This document shows positions 1 through 7,152 of a DNA stretch of 32,000 nt, piece after piece. Origin of the DNA: Nitrosopumilus sp. (GTDB lineage Archaea > Thermoproteota > Nitrososphaeria > Nitrososphaerales > Nitrosopumilaceae). The notes under the pieces are model-generated. The model did not search any database, had not been told where the DNA came from, and worked only from the letters and a program-made list of their open reading frames with translations. Both the position numbers and the translations under genes were made by a program. The stretch spans positions 1,322,347 through 1,354,346 of the forward strand of contig NZ_OZ253671.1 of the NCBI RefSeq assembly GCF_965263415.1, in the 5' to 3' direction. Within the stretch, counting starts at the first letter, position 1; every line of letters starts with the position of its first letter.

Positions 1-106
1 AGAAATCAAAGAATTTTTTGCCAAATTTAACTAAACTACCAACAACTTTGGTCTAAATTGCATAGTCGCAAGGATTAAATCACTTTTGCCAAGGTACAAA
101 CATGTT

Positions 107-183
107 GCCGCCCTAGCTCAGCGTGGTAGAGCATCCGACTGTTAATCGGACGGTCGTCAGTTCAAGTCTGATGGGCGGCGCCA
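107..183 (+). tRNA. tRNA-Asn (anticodon GTT), CCA genomically encoded
   Basis: Cloverleaf folded by eye. Acceptor GCCGCCC/GGGCGGC; D arm GCTC-AGCGTGGTA-GAGC; anticodon arm TCCGA-CTGTTAA-TCGGA with GTT at 141-143; variable CGGTC; T arm GTCAG-TTCAAGT-CTGAT; discriminator G180; CCA 181-183. Confidence 0.93.
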
Positions 184-213
184 CTTATTTCTAAACTCGA
201 GTTTTGAAATATT
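184..213. repeat. Diverged copy (25/30 identities) of the 30-bp palindromic element
   Basis: cttatttctaaactcgagttttgaaatatt aligned by eye to aatatttctaaattcgaatttagaaatatt. It starts 1 nt after the tRNA CCA end. Confidence 0.6.
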
Positions 214-254
214 TTATTTTGATACTAGTAACATAATTACTGGTGTAGAAAAAT

Positions 255-284
255 AATATTTCTAAATTCGAATTTAGAAATATT
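255..284. repeat. 30-bp perfect palindrome, copy 1 (AATATTTCTAAATTCGAATTTAGAAATATT)
   Basis: The sequence equals its own reverse complement. It is identical to 891-920. Intergenic, 88 nt upstream of the 372 start. Confidence 0.9.
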
Positions 285-371
285 GATCGGTTGACAGCAA
301 TTGGTTTACACTATTAGACAATATAGATCTAATAGATGATCGCATATTTAGAATAATGCAGGAGGTTTACA

Positions 372-620
372 TTGGTCAGAACTAGAAGGGCCAACAGATA
401 TTGTGTTGATTGTGGCGCAAGACTGGTGTATTACCCAAGATTATCAAATCCAAAAGCACCAAACGAACACAGAGTGTTAGTTTATGCATGTCCAGATTGT
501 ACAGATGATTTTGAAAAACCAAAAATGTTCTCAATTAAACGAAATCAAGTAGAAGATCCACTAGAAACTGTAGAAATTGAGATTACACAGTTACAGAAAA
601 AAGCAGCTACTACAAAATAA
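372..620 (+). CDS. Small zinc-ribbon protein (CxxC...CxxC), hypothetical
   Basis: 82-aa ORF with CVDCG and CPDCT pairs. TTG start preceded by GGAGGT 6 nt upstream (361-366). No recognisable family beyond the Zn-ribbon. Confidence 0.6.
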   Translation: MVRTRRANRYCVDCGARLVYYPRLSNPKAPNEHRVLVYACPDCTDDFEKPKMFSIKRNQVEDPLETVEIEITQLQKKAATTK

Positions 621-630
621 TTTTAAGAAA

Positions 631-858
631 ATGACATATCCAGAAAGACCAAGAAGTAATCTTTGGTTTTTGTTACCAATATTTTTTGGAATAATAGGAG
701 GGATTATTGCGTATTTCATTTTACGGAAGGATGATCCAAAAAAAGCAAAAAATTGTTTATGGGTAGGAATTGCATTGATGGTTGCAGGGTTAGTTTTCAA
801 TGCAATTATTGCATCACTCATACCCGAGTTTGGTCCTGGTTTTAGAGTAAACGTTTAG
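631..858 (+). CDS. Small two-TM membrane protein, hypothetical
   Basis: The ORF track starts at 577, but the ATG at 631 (MTYPERPRSNLWFLLPIFFGIIGGIIAYF...) avoids overlap with the upstream gene. Two hydrophobic helices separated by RKDDPKKAKN. Confidence 0.65.
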   Translation: MTYPERPRSNLWFLLPIFFGIIGGIIAYFILRKDDPKKAKNCLWVGIALMVAGLVFNAIIASLIPEFGPGFRVNV

Positions 859-890
859 AAAAATTCGGTGTTTTACAGGTAAAGATTTGT

Positions 891-920
891 AATATTTCTA
901 AATTCGAATTTAGAAATATT
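891..920. repeat. 30-bp perfect palindrome, copy 2 (palindrome extends to 890-921)
   Basis: Exact match to 255-284. It lies 33 nt after the stop at 858 and 60 nt before the start at 980. Confidence 0.9.
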
Positions 921-979
921 ATAAATTTAGTACTGTAATCATTGGATTTAGAATCATATAGAAGCACTTTCAATGATTT

Positions 980-1432
980 GTGATGAGTGCATCAAGAATG
1001 AGAGATAATGTAGAAAGATGGTTAATTCATGAGGGGTTAAAGTTTGAAGATGTTAAAAATCCAGAAAATACGTTTCAAATTCTTGTAAAACATGCAGGTC
1101 CTGCAGGAGTTCCAGTAGAAGTTTTTGAACCAAAAGCGCAACAAGGGATCTTAGTAGTTGGTTCCAAAGTAAATATGAAAAACAATCAGATTGCAAGATA
1201 TCTAGGGTTTAGTGAAGAGGAGAAAGAGAAATTTGAGAAAAAAGTAGCAGATTATTGTTATACGCTACAAGCAATTAATAAAAATACTACAGAAGATGGA
1301 AAACGAAAGATTGGCGTATATGTGGTGTTAGACAAGGAAGAAAATATCAATCAACAAGGATTGTTTGATGCCATGGATAGAGTCTCAGAAATGCATGAAA
1401 AAACTGCCAGATTCCTTTTGAAGACATTCTAA
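980..1432 (+). CDS. Hypothetical protein, possibly DUF2299/YbjN-like fold
   Basis: 150-aa ORF with non-biased, protein-like composition. GTG at 980 is followed by ATG at 983. The family assignment is from memory of archaeal DUF2299 proteins and is weak. Confidence 0.7.
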   Translation: MMSASRMRDNVERWLIHEGLKFEDVKNPENTFQILVKHAGPAGVPVEVFEPKAQQGILVVGSKVNMKNNQIARYLGFSEEEKEKFEKKVADYCYTLQAINKNTTEDGKRKIGVYVVLDKEENINQQGLFDAMDRVSEMHEKTARFLLKTF

Positions 1433-1492
1433 GAAATAGACGATTTATCAATTATACGCGGGCCTTATATCAAAAATTACCTTATTCTAATC

Positions 1493-1645
1493 ATGAAAAG
1501 AAAAACAACAAAATCAAAACCAAGAGAACTTACAATTTCTACAACAGAATTGTCAAGATTTGGCATGGGGGTTATGAATAAAGCCCTCAAAGTAGTTAAT
1601 ACTGCAAAAAAAGGCAAGATTACAATCAGAGTAGAACAACAATAA
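1493..1645 (+). CDS. Small basic protein (50 aa), hypothetical; below the ORF-track cutoff
   Basis: ATG at 1493, TAA at 1643-1645, translated by hand as MKRKTTKSKPRELTISTTELSRFGMGVMNKALKVVNTAKKGKITIRVEQQ. A hairpin plus T-tract follows 22 nt downstream on the same strand. Confidence 0.45.
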   Translation: MKRKTTKSKPRELTISTTELSRFGMGVMNKALKVVNTAKKGKITIRVEQQ

Positions 1646-1667
1646 ACTCAAGTTTTGTAATTTCAGC

Positions 1668-1689
1668 AAGGGGCATATGCCCCTTTTTT
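1668..1689 (+). terminator. Hairpin plus T6 tract (AAGGGGCATATGCCCCTT-TTTT)
   Basis: 18-nt perfect palindrome at 1668-1685 running into a T run (1684-1689). The T run is present only in the plus orientation. Confidence 0.55.
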
Positions 1690-1759
1690 GTACATTTTCA
1701 AGATGAGTTTTTCCAAGATGTAACATGTTGATGCAATAATCGACAGTATTTTCATCCAA

Positions 1760-2070
1760 AAACCCCCCCTATTTTGACAGAAAATATGACCAATCATAAG
1801 AAATAATCATTCAAGTTTTAGAGTAGGTTATGTAAAGTCTCAAAAGTTCTAAAATGAGTAATTTTTCATAATTATGCCTAGGCGTTAAACCCCCCTCTAT
1901 TTTTACCCTAATTAGGCACAATACCATTTTTTCAAAATTAGGCGTTTTGATGGGGGGTTGAACACTTGTGCCTAGATATGAAATGCAACCCTCAAACCAC
2001 CAAGATGTCCCAGCTAAACATGTATGATCTTTTTTTGTTAGGCGTAAAAGCTAAACCCCTTGTTTTTTGG
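1760..2070. repeat. Cluster of short repeated motifs (TAGGCG/TAGGCAC and AAACCCC(C)n-T-rich) in a 0.5-kb non-coding gap
   Basis: TAGGCR motifs at 1879, 1914, 1939 and 2039, plus one inverted at 1968-1975. C runs at 1763-1769, 1890-1895 and 2056-2059. G run at 1952-1957. No ORF of 60 aa or more other than an antisense artefact. Confidence 0.5.
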
Positions 2071-2163
2071 TAAAAAATAGAGAAAAAGAACCCAAATTAT
2101 TGTCGATTTTATGTCACAAAATATCACAACGATGAATTAAGACTTTGATAAAATATCAAATGA

Positions 2164-2757
2164 TTATTGTATTGGATATAATCCATTAACGTCTACACAG
2201 ACGTTTGTAAGTTCACCATCATTAAAGACAGGAGTAAGGTCAAATGATATTATTGCAACAATGTTTTCACCGCCATGGAAAGTATTGCTTTCTCCAGTCA
2301 TAGGATTAACACTGTCTAGTGTTTTTACTCCATCAAATACAATATTTTCACCGTAAATTTTTACATCGCCAGGAGCATCATATGAAATATCTGCAATTTC
2401 TAAACCAGTACATACGTTATCCACATCACCGTCATCTGTAAGAGTCAGATAATGACTATGCCATTTTGGATCCTCAGGTCCATGTTGTACTGCACTTTCT
2501 AAAAATCCACCATGGGTAGCAGTCACCAGAATTGTATCAAAGAAGTATTCTTCAGTAACAACACCATAACCATAAGAGACACCAGTGCCATCTTGTGGAA
2601 TTTCAGCGGTTGCAGTAATTCTGACTTTGAATTCATCACTAAAAGACAATGCGATTGCAGTAAATTCATGGACAGATGCAGCTACTGCAGGAGACATCAT
2701 CAAACTAGACACAACAAATACTGCTAGTATTGATCCTAATACTACAGTCTTATCCAT
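2164..2757 (-). CDS. Secreted or membrane-anchored hypothetical protein
   Basis: 197-aa ORF with an N-terminal signal-like segment (VVLGSILAVFVVSSLMMSPAVAAS). The remainder is Asp/Gly/Thr-rich and looks beta-rich. Confidence 0.75.
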   Translation of the reverse strand: MDKTVVLGSILAVFVVSSLMMSPAVAASVHEFTAIALSFSDEFKVRITATAEIPQDGTGVSYGYGVVTEEYFFDTILVTATHGGFLESAVQHGPEDPKWHSHYLTLTDDGDVDNVCTGLEIADISYDAPGDVKIYGENIVFDGVKTLDSVNPMTGESNTFHGGENIVAIISFDLTPVFNDGELTNVCVDVNGLYPIQ

Positions 2758-2908
2758 GATGTAATTGCCACTTTTGGGAATTTAACCTTTGCTAATTCCC
2801 AATTTTGGGCATTACATTGGAATTACATATTTTGACGCAATATAGGCACAAAATACACACGACTTTGAGAAACTATGCAACTATATATCAAAAAAACCAC
2901 TGGCTTTT

Positions 2909-3397
2909 GTGGCAGGATTAGGCGTAGTAATAGTAATTGGAGCAATACTTGTCTCAATGGGAGCTGCAATGTACACGTACACACAATATCAGACTAATTT
3001 TATTGAGACTTATGCAGGGGAAATAGTCACAGTAGGTCCAGTTGAGTATGTAATAACATTTGAAGGAACACATGAAGGCGATAAAGAAAAACAACCAGAA
3101 AATACATTTGTGATGATCGGAATTACTGCAAAAAACATAGGAAGTGAAGAAAGAACATTACTGTCAGGCGGACAATTTTACATAGTTGATGAGAAAGAAC
3201 AAAAACATGAAGCAGTTTATGGGGAATTTTCTTCAAAAGATCTTCTTTTAGAGTGGTTAGAACCTAACAAACCAGTAGAAAAGACAACACAATTTGATAT
3301 TCCATTTGATGAAGATAAAACGTACAAGATAATCATCAGACCACAAAAAGAACAATCAACAGTGGACACTGCATTAATTTGCATAACAAATTGTTGA
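2909..3397 (+). CDS. Membrane-anchored protein, DUF4352-like Ig-fold domain (tentative)
   Basis: GTG start and an N-terminal TM (GLGVVIVIGAILVSMGAAMY). The pattern ITAKNIGSEERTLLSGGQFYIVDEKEQKHEA resembles DUF4352 proteins; recognised from memory only. Confidence 0.7.
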   Translation: MAGLGVVIVIGAILVSMGAAMYTYTQYQTNFIETYAGEIVTVGPVEYVITFEGTHEGDKEKQPENTFVMIGITAKNIGSEERTLLSGGQFYIVDEKEQKHEAVYGEFSSKDLLLEWLEPNKPVEKTTQFDIPFDEDKTYKIIIRPQKEQSTVDTALICITNC

Positions 3398-3498
3398 TCG
3401 GAAAAATAAAAATCAAAAATAATTGTCAAGTTTTTCTATAGTTTACGTAATATTGTGTGACTTTTACCATATAACACACATCATTTTTGAAAAAAATC

Positions 3499-3903
3499 AT
3501 GGCAATATCTAAAGCCAAAAGAGCTGAAGCAGCAAAGAAAGCAGCAAGAACTCGTAAGAGAAATGCCGCAAAGAAAGCAGCTGAAGCAGCAAAGAAAGCA
3601 GCAGCTCGTAAGAGAAAGGCAGCACGTGCAAGAAATGCAGCTAAGAAAGCAGCACCAAAGAGACGTACTGCAGCTAAACGTAAAGCAGCTCCAAAAAGGA
3701 AAACTGCAGCTAAACGTAAAGCAGCTCCAAAGAGAAAAACTGCAGCTAAAAGAAAAGCAGCTCCAAAGAGAAAGGCAGCTACTAAACGTAGAGCCGCTCC
3801 AAAGAGAAAAACTGCAGCTAAAAGAAAAGCAGCTCCAAAGAGAAAGGCAGCTACTAAACGTAGAGCCGCTCCAAAGAGAAAGGCAGCTAAACGTCGACGT
3901 TAA
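3499..3903 (+). CDS. Lys/Ala/Pro-rich, highly basic tandem-repeat protein (linker-histone H1 / Hc2-like composition)
   Basis: The ORF track starts at TTG 3487; an in-frame ATG at 3499 gives MAISKAKRAEAAKKAA... About 12-aa units, AAKRKAAPKRKT, repeat through the C-terminal two thirds. No acidic or aromatic residues after the N-terminus. Confidence 0.75.
   Translation: MAISKAKRAEAAKKAARTRKRNAAKKAAEAAKKAAARKRKAARARNAAKKAAPKRRTAAKRKAAPKRKTAAKRKAAPKRKTAAKRKAAPKRKAATKRRAAPKRKTAAKRKAAPKRKAATKRRAAPKRKAAKRRR
3727..3870 (+). repeat. Perfect 72-bp tandem duplication (2 x 72) inside the basic-protein gene, nested in a 36-bp periodicity from about 3655
   Basis: 3727-3798 and 3799-3870 were compared base by base and are identical. 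Confidence 0.95.
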
Positions 3904-3948
3904 GCTGTCTATGCTAACTTTTTTATGATTAACATTTCTTGAGTAATT

Positions 3949-3973
3949 ATATTTCTAAATTCGAATTTAGAAA
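3949..3973. repeat. Palindromic element copy 3 (25-nt core ATATTTCTAAATTCGAATTTAGAAA)
   Basis: Exact match to positions 2-26 of the 30-mer. It lies between convergent stops at 3903 (+) and 3986 (-). Confidence 0.85.
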
Positions 3974-3985
3974 CAATCTAAATTG

Positions 3986-4399
3986 TCACTCTGACATTTT
4001 TAATTCTGGCAAAACAAAAATTTTGTTTGGTTTTATTTTTAGAATAATTCTTTTCTCATCATCACGTTTGAAAGGATAATGTTCACGGTCCATGTATTGT
4101 TGTGTTAATTTGTCTGCATGTTTATAGTCATAATCAGGAATTAATTCTTCAACCACCCCACGAATTGTTGTCATGTCAAGTGGGTTATCTTTTGAAACTA
4201 CAGAAACTGCAACTCTAGGATCACGTAAAACATTTTTGTGTTTTATTCGTCCTTCAGCAGTGTTTACCAAAACAAACCCATCTTCAAAGTTTGCCCAAAC
4301 AGGTGAAACTTGTGGAGAACCATCTTTCATGATAGTTGCAATATATACAAGATTTTTTTCAGAAAATAATTTTACAGCTTTTTCATCCATGAATTTCAT
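3986..4399 (-). CDS. Pyridoxamine 5'-phosphate oxidase family (FMN/F420-binding split-barrel) protein
   Basis: LVYIATIMKDGSPQVSPVWANFEDGFVLVNTAEGRIKHKNVLRDPRVAVSVV is the typical PPOX-class pattern. Start moved to MKFMDEK (4399) because the longer ORF (to 4495) overlaps the upstream gene. Confidence 0.8.
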   Translation of the reverse strand: MKFMDEKAVKLFSEKNLVYIATIMKDGSPQVSPVWANFEDGFVLVNTAEGRIKHKNVLRDPRVAVSVVSKDNPLDMTTIRGVVEELIPDYDYKHADKLTQQYMDREHYPFKRDDEKRIILKIKPNKIFVLPELKMSE

Positions 4400-4703
4400 T
4401 TCTCCATATTGTTGAAAGTTGTTCAATTTTTGTAATAATTTCAAGTGCTTTTTGATTATCTTTTTCTTGCATTGCAACTGAAAACTCATATCCAAGTCGG
4501 ATCGCTTCAGGAGAAAGATCTTTTATTGATTCAAGATCTTTACCTTCAATCTTTATCCTCTCACCAATTGCACACATTTTCCAGTTATCAGACATATCTT
4601 GATGTTCTTGATCAAGTTCATCTTGAACATGATGACGCCAATTTGTAAGCGTCATCTTTTCTACGAGGTCTTCAGTTTTCTGGCTGTAAAACACACGTAC
4701 CAT
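4383..4703 (-). CDS. Hypothetical protein
   Basis: 106-aa ORF in an operon-like arrangement with the PPOX gene (short overlap). No recognised family. Confidence 0.6.
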   Translation of the reverse strand: MVRVFYSQKTEDLVEKMTLTNWRHHVQDELDQEHQDMSDNWKMCAIGERIKIEGKDLESIKDLSPEAIRLGYEFSVAMQEKDNQKALEIITKIEQLSTIWRNEIHG

Positions 4704-4740
4704 ACAAGAATTTCTTGCAAGAAATACTTAGGTGTAACGA

Positions 4741-5244
4741 TTATTTTTTACCAGAATTTTCAAGCACATTTGTCATGGCACGATTCATGATCTCCATAAC
4801 CAAATACTGAGAATATTCTTCAGATTTTTTGCCTTTTGATTTTCCGGTTTTTGGAGTTAGTCCTTTAAGGACTTTTTCAATTTTTGCAGATGTGTTATCT
4901 ATGATTTTTGAATATTTTGATTCAAAATCTTCAGGAGTTTCAAAATCAAGTAGTTTTGTAGATGTACTGTAAAATTTTGTTATGGCTCCACGAGATTCTT
5001 CAATCTTTACAATTTCAATCAGTCCAGATTCTTTTAGAATTTCTAAATGATGACGAATTGTGGTTAATGCTTTTTTGACTCCAGATTTTTTCAAGGCAGT
5101 TGTAATCTGATCAGCTGAGAGAGCTTGACGATATAATATCTCAACAATTTTTGCACGGGCAGGGTCTTCAATTGCTCGAGCGTGTTCAATACTTGTCGTA
5201 ACAATACGATTAACTTTGATTTGCTTTTCTAATAACGTAGACAT
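4741..5244 (-). CDS. ArsR-family winged helix-turn-helix transcriptional regulator
   Basis: ARAKIVEILYRQALSADQITTALKKSGVKKALTTIRHHLEILKESGLIE matches the ArsR/SmtB HTH layout. The C-terminal extension is Lys-rich. Confidence 0.8.
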   Translation of the reverse strand: MSTLLEKQIKVNRIVTTSIEHARAIEDPARAKIVEILYRQALSADQITTALKKSGVKKALTTIRHHLEILKESGLIEIVKIEESRGAITKFYSTSTKLLDFETPEDFESKYSKIIDNTSAKIEKVLKGLTPKTGKSKGKKSEEYSQYLVMEIMNRAMTNVLENSGKK

Positions 5245-5592
5245 ACTGAGTTTACGTTTGTTTCTGATCTAAAAGATCCTTGTATCATATTTTTTTGTCT
5301 AATCGCATCAATTTTTTTTTACTTTTAAAAAAATCATAGTGGTACTAAATTCATCAGTATTACTATGATAATTATTGTAATGCAATCAACAAAAGTTAAA
5401 CCACTATAATGTATATTGTATCGGATAAAGAATTATTGTAACGGTCTTAAATTTTTTGTAAAATACCAAAAAACAGGGGATCAGGGAAGATATGTTGGAA
5501 AATACGTTTTTGGGACGTAATTTTAGATATTTGCAAAAATAGAATTCGAGTTGAAAGTTAACTAATAGTCAACATTGAATACAAAGATGCAC

Positions 5593-6417
5593 TTACAGTG
5601 ATTTACCAGAGATTTTTTCATATGCAGTGACATAACGTTCGGTCATTTTAGAAATAATCTCAGTTGGTATTTCAGGAGGCATTGGCTCTTGCCCATTATC
5701 TCTAGCATCATCAAACTGCTTTTGATATCCATTTGCAGTCAACCAATCACGCAAAAGTTGTTTATCATATGCTTCTTGGATTTTACCAACCTCAAAGGAA
5801 TCTTTTGGCCATAAACGATACTCATCAGGGCCAATAGAGTCACCCAAAGTAATCTTACCATCTAAAACTCCAAATTCTAATTTCAAATCAGCCAAAATAA
5901 AATCAACATCATCAGCAGTTTTGGCCATCTTTTTGTAAATTTCAATTGAAGTTTTTTCTAACCAATTGTATTGTTCTTCAGAAACTAGTTTCATTTCAAT
6001 TGCCTTTGTTTTGTCAATAGGGATATCGTGTTCAGATTTTGTTGTAGGATCAAATATAGGCTCAGGAAGTTTTGCAGCTAGTGCAGTATCAGTTCCCTCA
6101 GGAATTTTGACTTCACCTTTTTTCCATCTACTTACCAAACTACCATAAAAATAGCCACGAACTACACATTCTATTGGAAGCATATTCATTTTCTTTACAA
6201 GAATTTCAGTTTCAGATTCACGTTTTATGAAATGATTTGGAACATCTAGTTCATTGAACCAAAATTCAGCAAATTTACACAAGACCTCTCCTTTTCTAGG
6301 TATGTCTTGTTTGAATTTTACATCATATGCTGAAACTCTATCAGAGAATTTGAAGAGAAGTGTAGTGTCATCAACGTCATAAAGATCCTTTACTTTTCCA
6401 CTAGTAAGAAATTCCAA
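5593..6417 (-). CDS. purC: Phosphoribosylaminoimidazole-succinocarboxamide (SAICAR) synthase
   Basis: 274 aa. GKVKDLY...[11 protein letters not shown]-terminal motifs and overall PurC-like collinearity. Confidence 0.93.
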   Translation of the reverse strand: MEFLTSGKVKDLYDVDDTTLLFKFSDRVSAYDVKFKQDIPRKGEVLCKFAEFWFNELDVPNHFIKRESETEILVKKMNMLPIECVVRGYFYGSLVSRWKKGEVKIPEGTDTALAAKLPEPIFDPTTKSEHDIPIDKTKAIEMKLVSEEQYNWLEKTSIEIYKKMAKTADDVDFILADLKLEFGVLDGKITLGDSIGPDEYRLWPKDSFEVGKIQEAYDKQLLRDWLTANGYQKQFDDARDNGQEPMPPEIPTEIISKMTERYVTAYEKISGKSL

Positions 6418-6450
6418 GCAAAAATACTGAAATTTTAGAGAATTTAACTG

Positions 6451-6837
6451 CTAAGACCCCATCATACCTACCATTTTTGGCATTTCTCGATAGGCCTTGT
6501 TTACAAATATGTCATTATCCGCACTAATCATCACAAATTCCATGGAATTTTCAGGAGGAGGGGAGACGATAATCTTTTGCCCCACAGAAAGAGTTTGGAT
6601 ATCCAAGATATCACCATCTCCAAAATTGATGTGAAGATTTGTTATTGGTTTTGCACCAAGATTTTGTATGGTGACTCTTCCCATGGTAAACATTCCTTGT
6701 TCATCTAAAAGTGGATCTACAAAAATTTCATAATCTTGAGTGGTTACAGAAAACTTGAAAAAATCTGCACCAAAAACCATGCCAATTGTTACAATCACCC
6801 CAACACCAATACAAAGTAATGCTGTGTACTGTTTCAC
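6451..6837 (-). CDS. Membrane-anchored hypothetical protein (N-terminal TM, beta-rich ectodomain)
   Basis: 128-aa ORF. TM is LLCIGVGVIVTIGMVFG. Sits between DUF427 and purC with gaps of about 33 nt on both sides. Confidence 0.7.
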   Translation of the reverse strand: MKQYTALLCIGVGVIVTIGMVFGADFFKFSVTTQDYEIFVDPLLDEQGMFTMGRVTIQNLGAKPITNLHINFGDGDILDIQTLSVGQKIIVSPPPENSMEFVMISADNDIFVNKAYREMPKMVGMMGS

Positions 6838-6871
6838 AAAATCTCTATAGGAATTCTAATAATTAAATTGG

Positions 6872-7150
6872 TTACTTTACTTCAACGCCATTCCAAAATG
6901 CAACCATGCCTTTGATTTTCATAGCAGCGTCATTTGGTTCTGCATAATACCATGCACAATCTTTGTTGGTTTTACCATTGACTGTTACAGAATAATAGTT
7001 TGCCATTCCCTTCCAACCACAAAAACTAGTCATGTCAGTTTTCTCAAAGTATTCTTTTTTGATTGAATTAATTGGAAAATAATGATTACCTTCAACAACA
7101 ACAGTGGCATCACTTTCAGCAATTACAATATCATTCCAAATTGCTTGCAT
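6872..7150 (-). CDS. DUF427 domain protein
   Basis: 92 aa. The pattern VVVEGNHYFP...CGWKGMANYYSV...DCAWYYAEPNDAA..IKGMVAFW is characteristic of DUF427. The ATG lies 2 nt after the purF stop. Confidence 0.85.
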   Translation of the reverse strand: MQAIWNDIVIAESDATVVVEGNHYFPINSIKKEYFEKTDMTSFCGWKGMANYYSVTVNGKTNKDCAWYYAEPNDAAMKIKGMVAFWNGVEVK

Positions 7151-7152
7151 AA

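Noticed and set aside
1553-1759. 68-aa minus-strand ORF overlapping the small plus-strand ORF and the hairpin terminator.
   Set aside because: The sequence is Cys/Phe/Leu-rich and odd-looking. It reads straight through a plus-strand-oriented hairpin+T tract. The plus-strand 50-aa ORF explains the region better.
3563-3928. 121-aa ORF in a shifted frame of the Lys/Ala repeat gene (QLQ/KEK-rich).
   Set aside because: It is a by-product of the 36-bp periodic DNA. It has no independent start context, and its composition simply mirrors the repeat read out of frame.
255-3973. Whether the repeated palindromes are a CRISPR array or replication-origin ORB elements.
   Set aside because: The spacing is irregular (about 600 bp and 3 kb) with genes in between, and there are no cas genes, so this is not CRISPR. 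There is no Orc1/Cdc6 gene, no G-string ORB signature and no flanked AT-rich unwinding element, so an origin is not supported.
107-4700. Integrated element targeting tRNA-Asn, given the many small ORFans downstream of the tRNA.
   Set aside because: There is no integrase or recombinase. I did not spot any second copy of the tRNA 3' half (the GC-rich GGGCGGCG would stand out) that could mark an att site within the window.
5266-5278. GATCTAAAAGATC inverted repeat 22-34 nt upstream of the ArsR-family gene start, as a possible autoregulatory operator.
   Set aside because: A 5-3-5 palindrome is too short to be significant in AT-rich DNA without comparative or experimental support.
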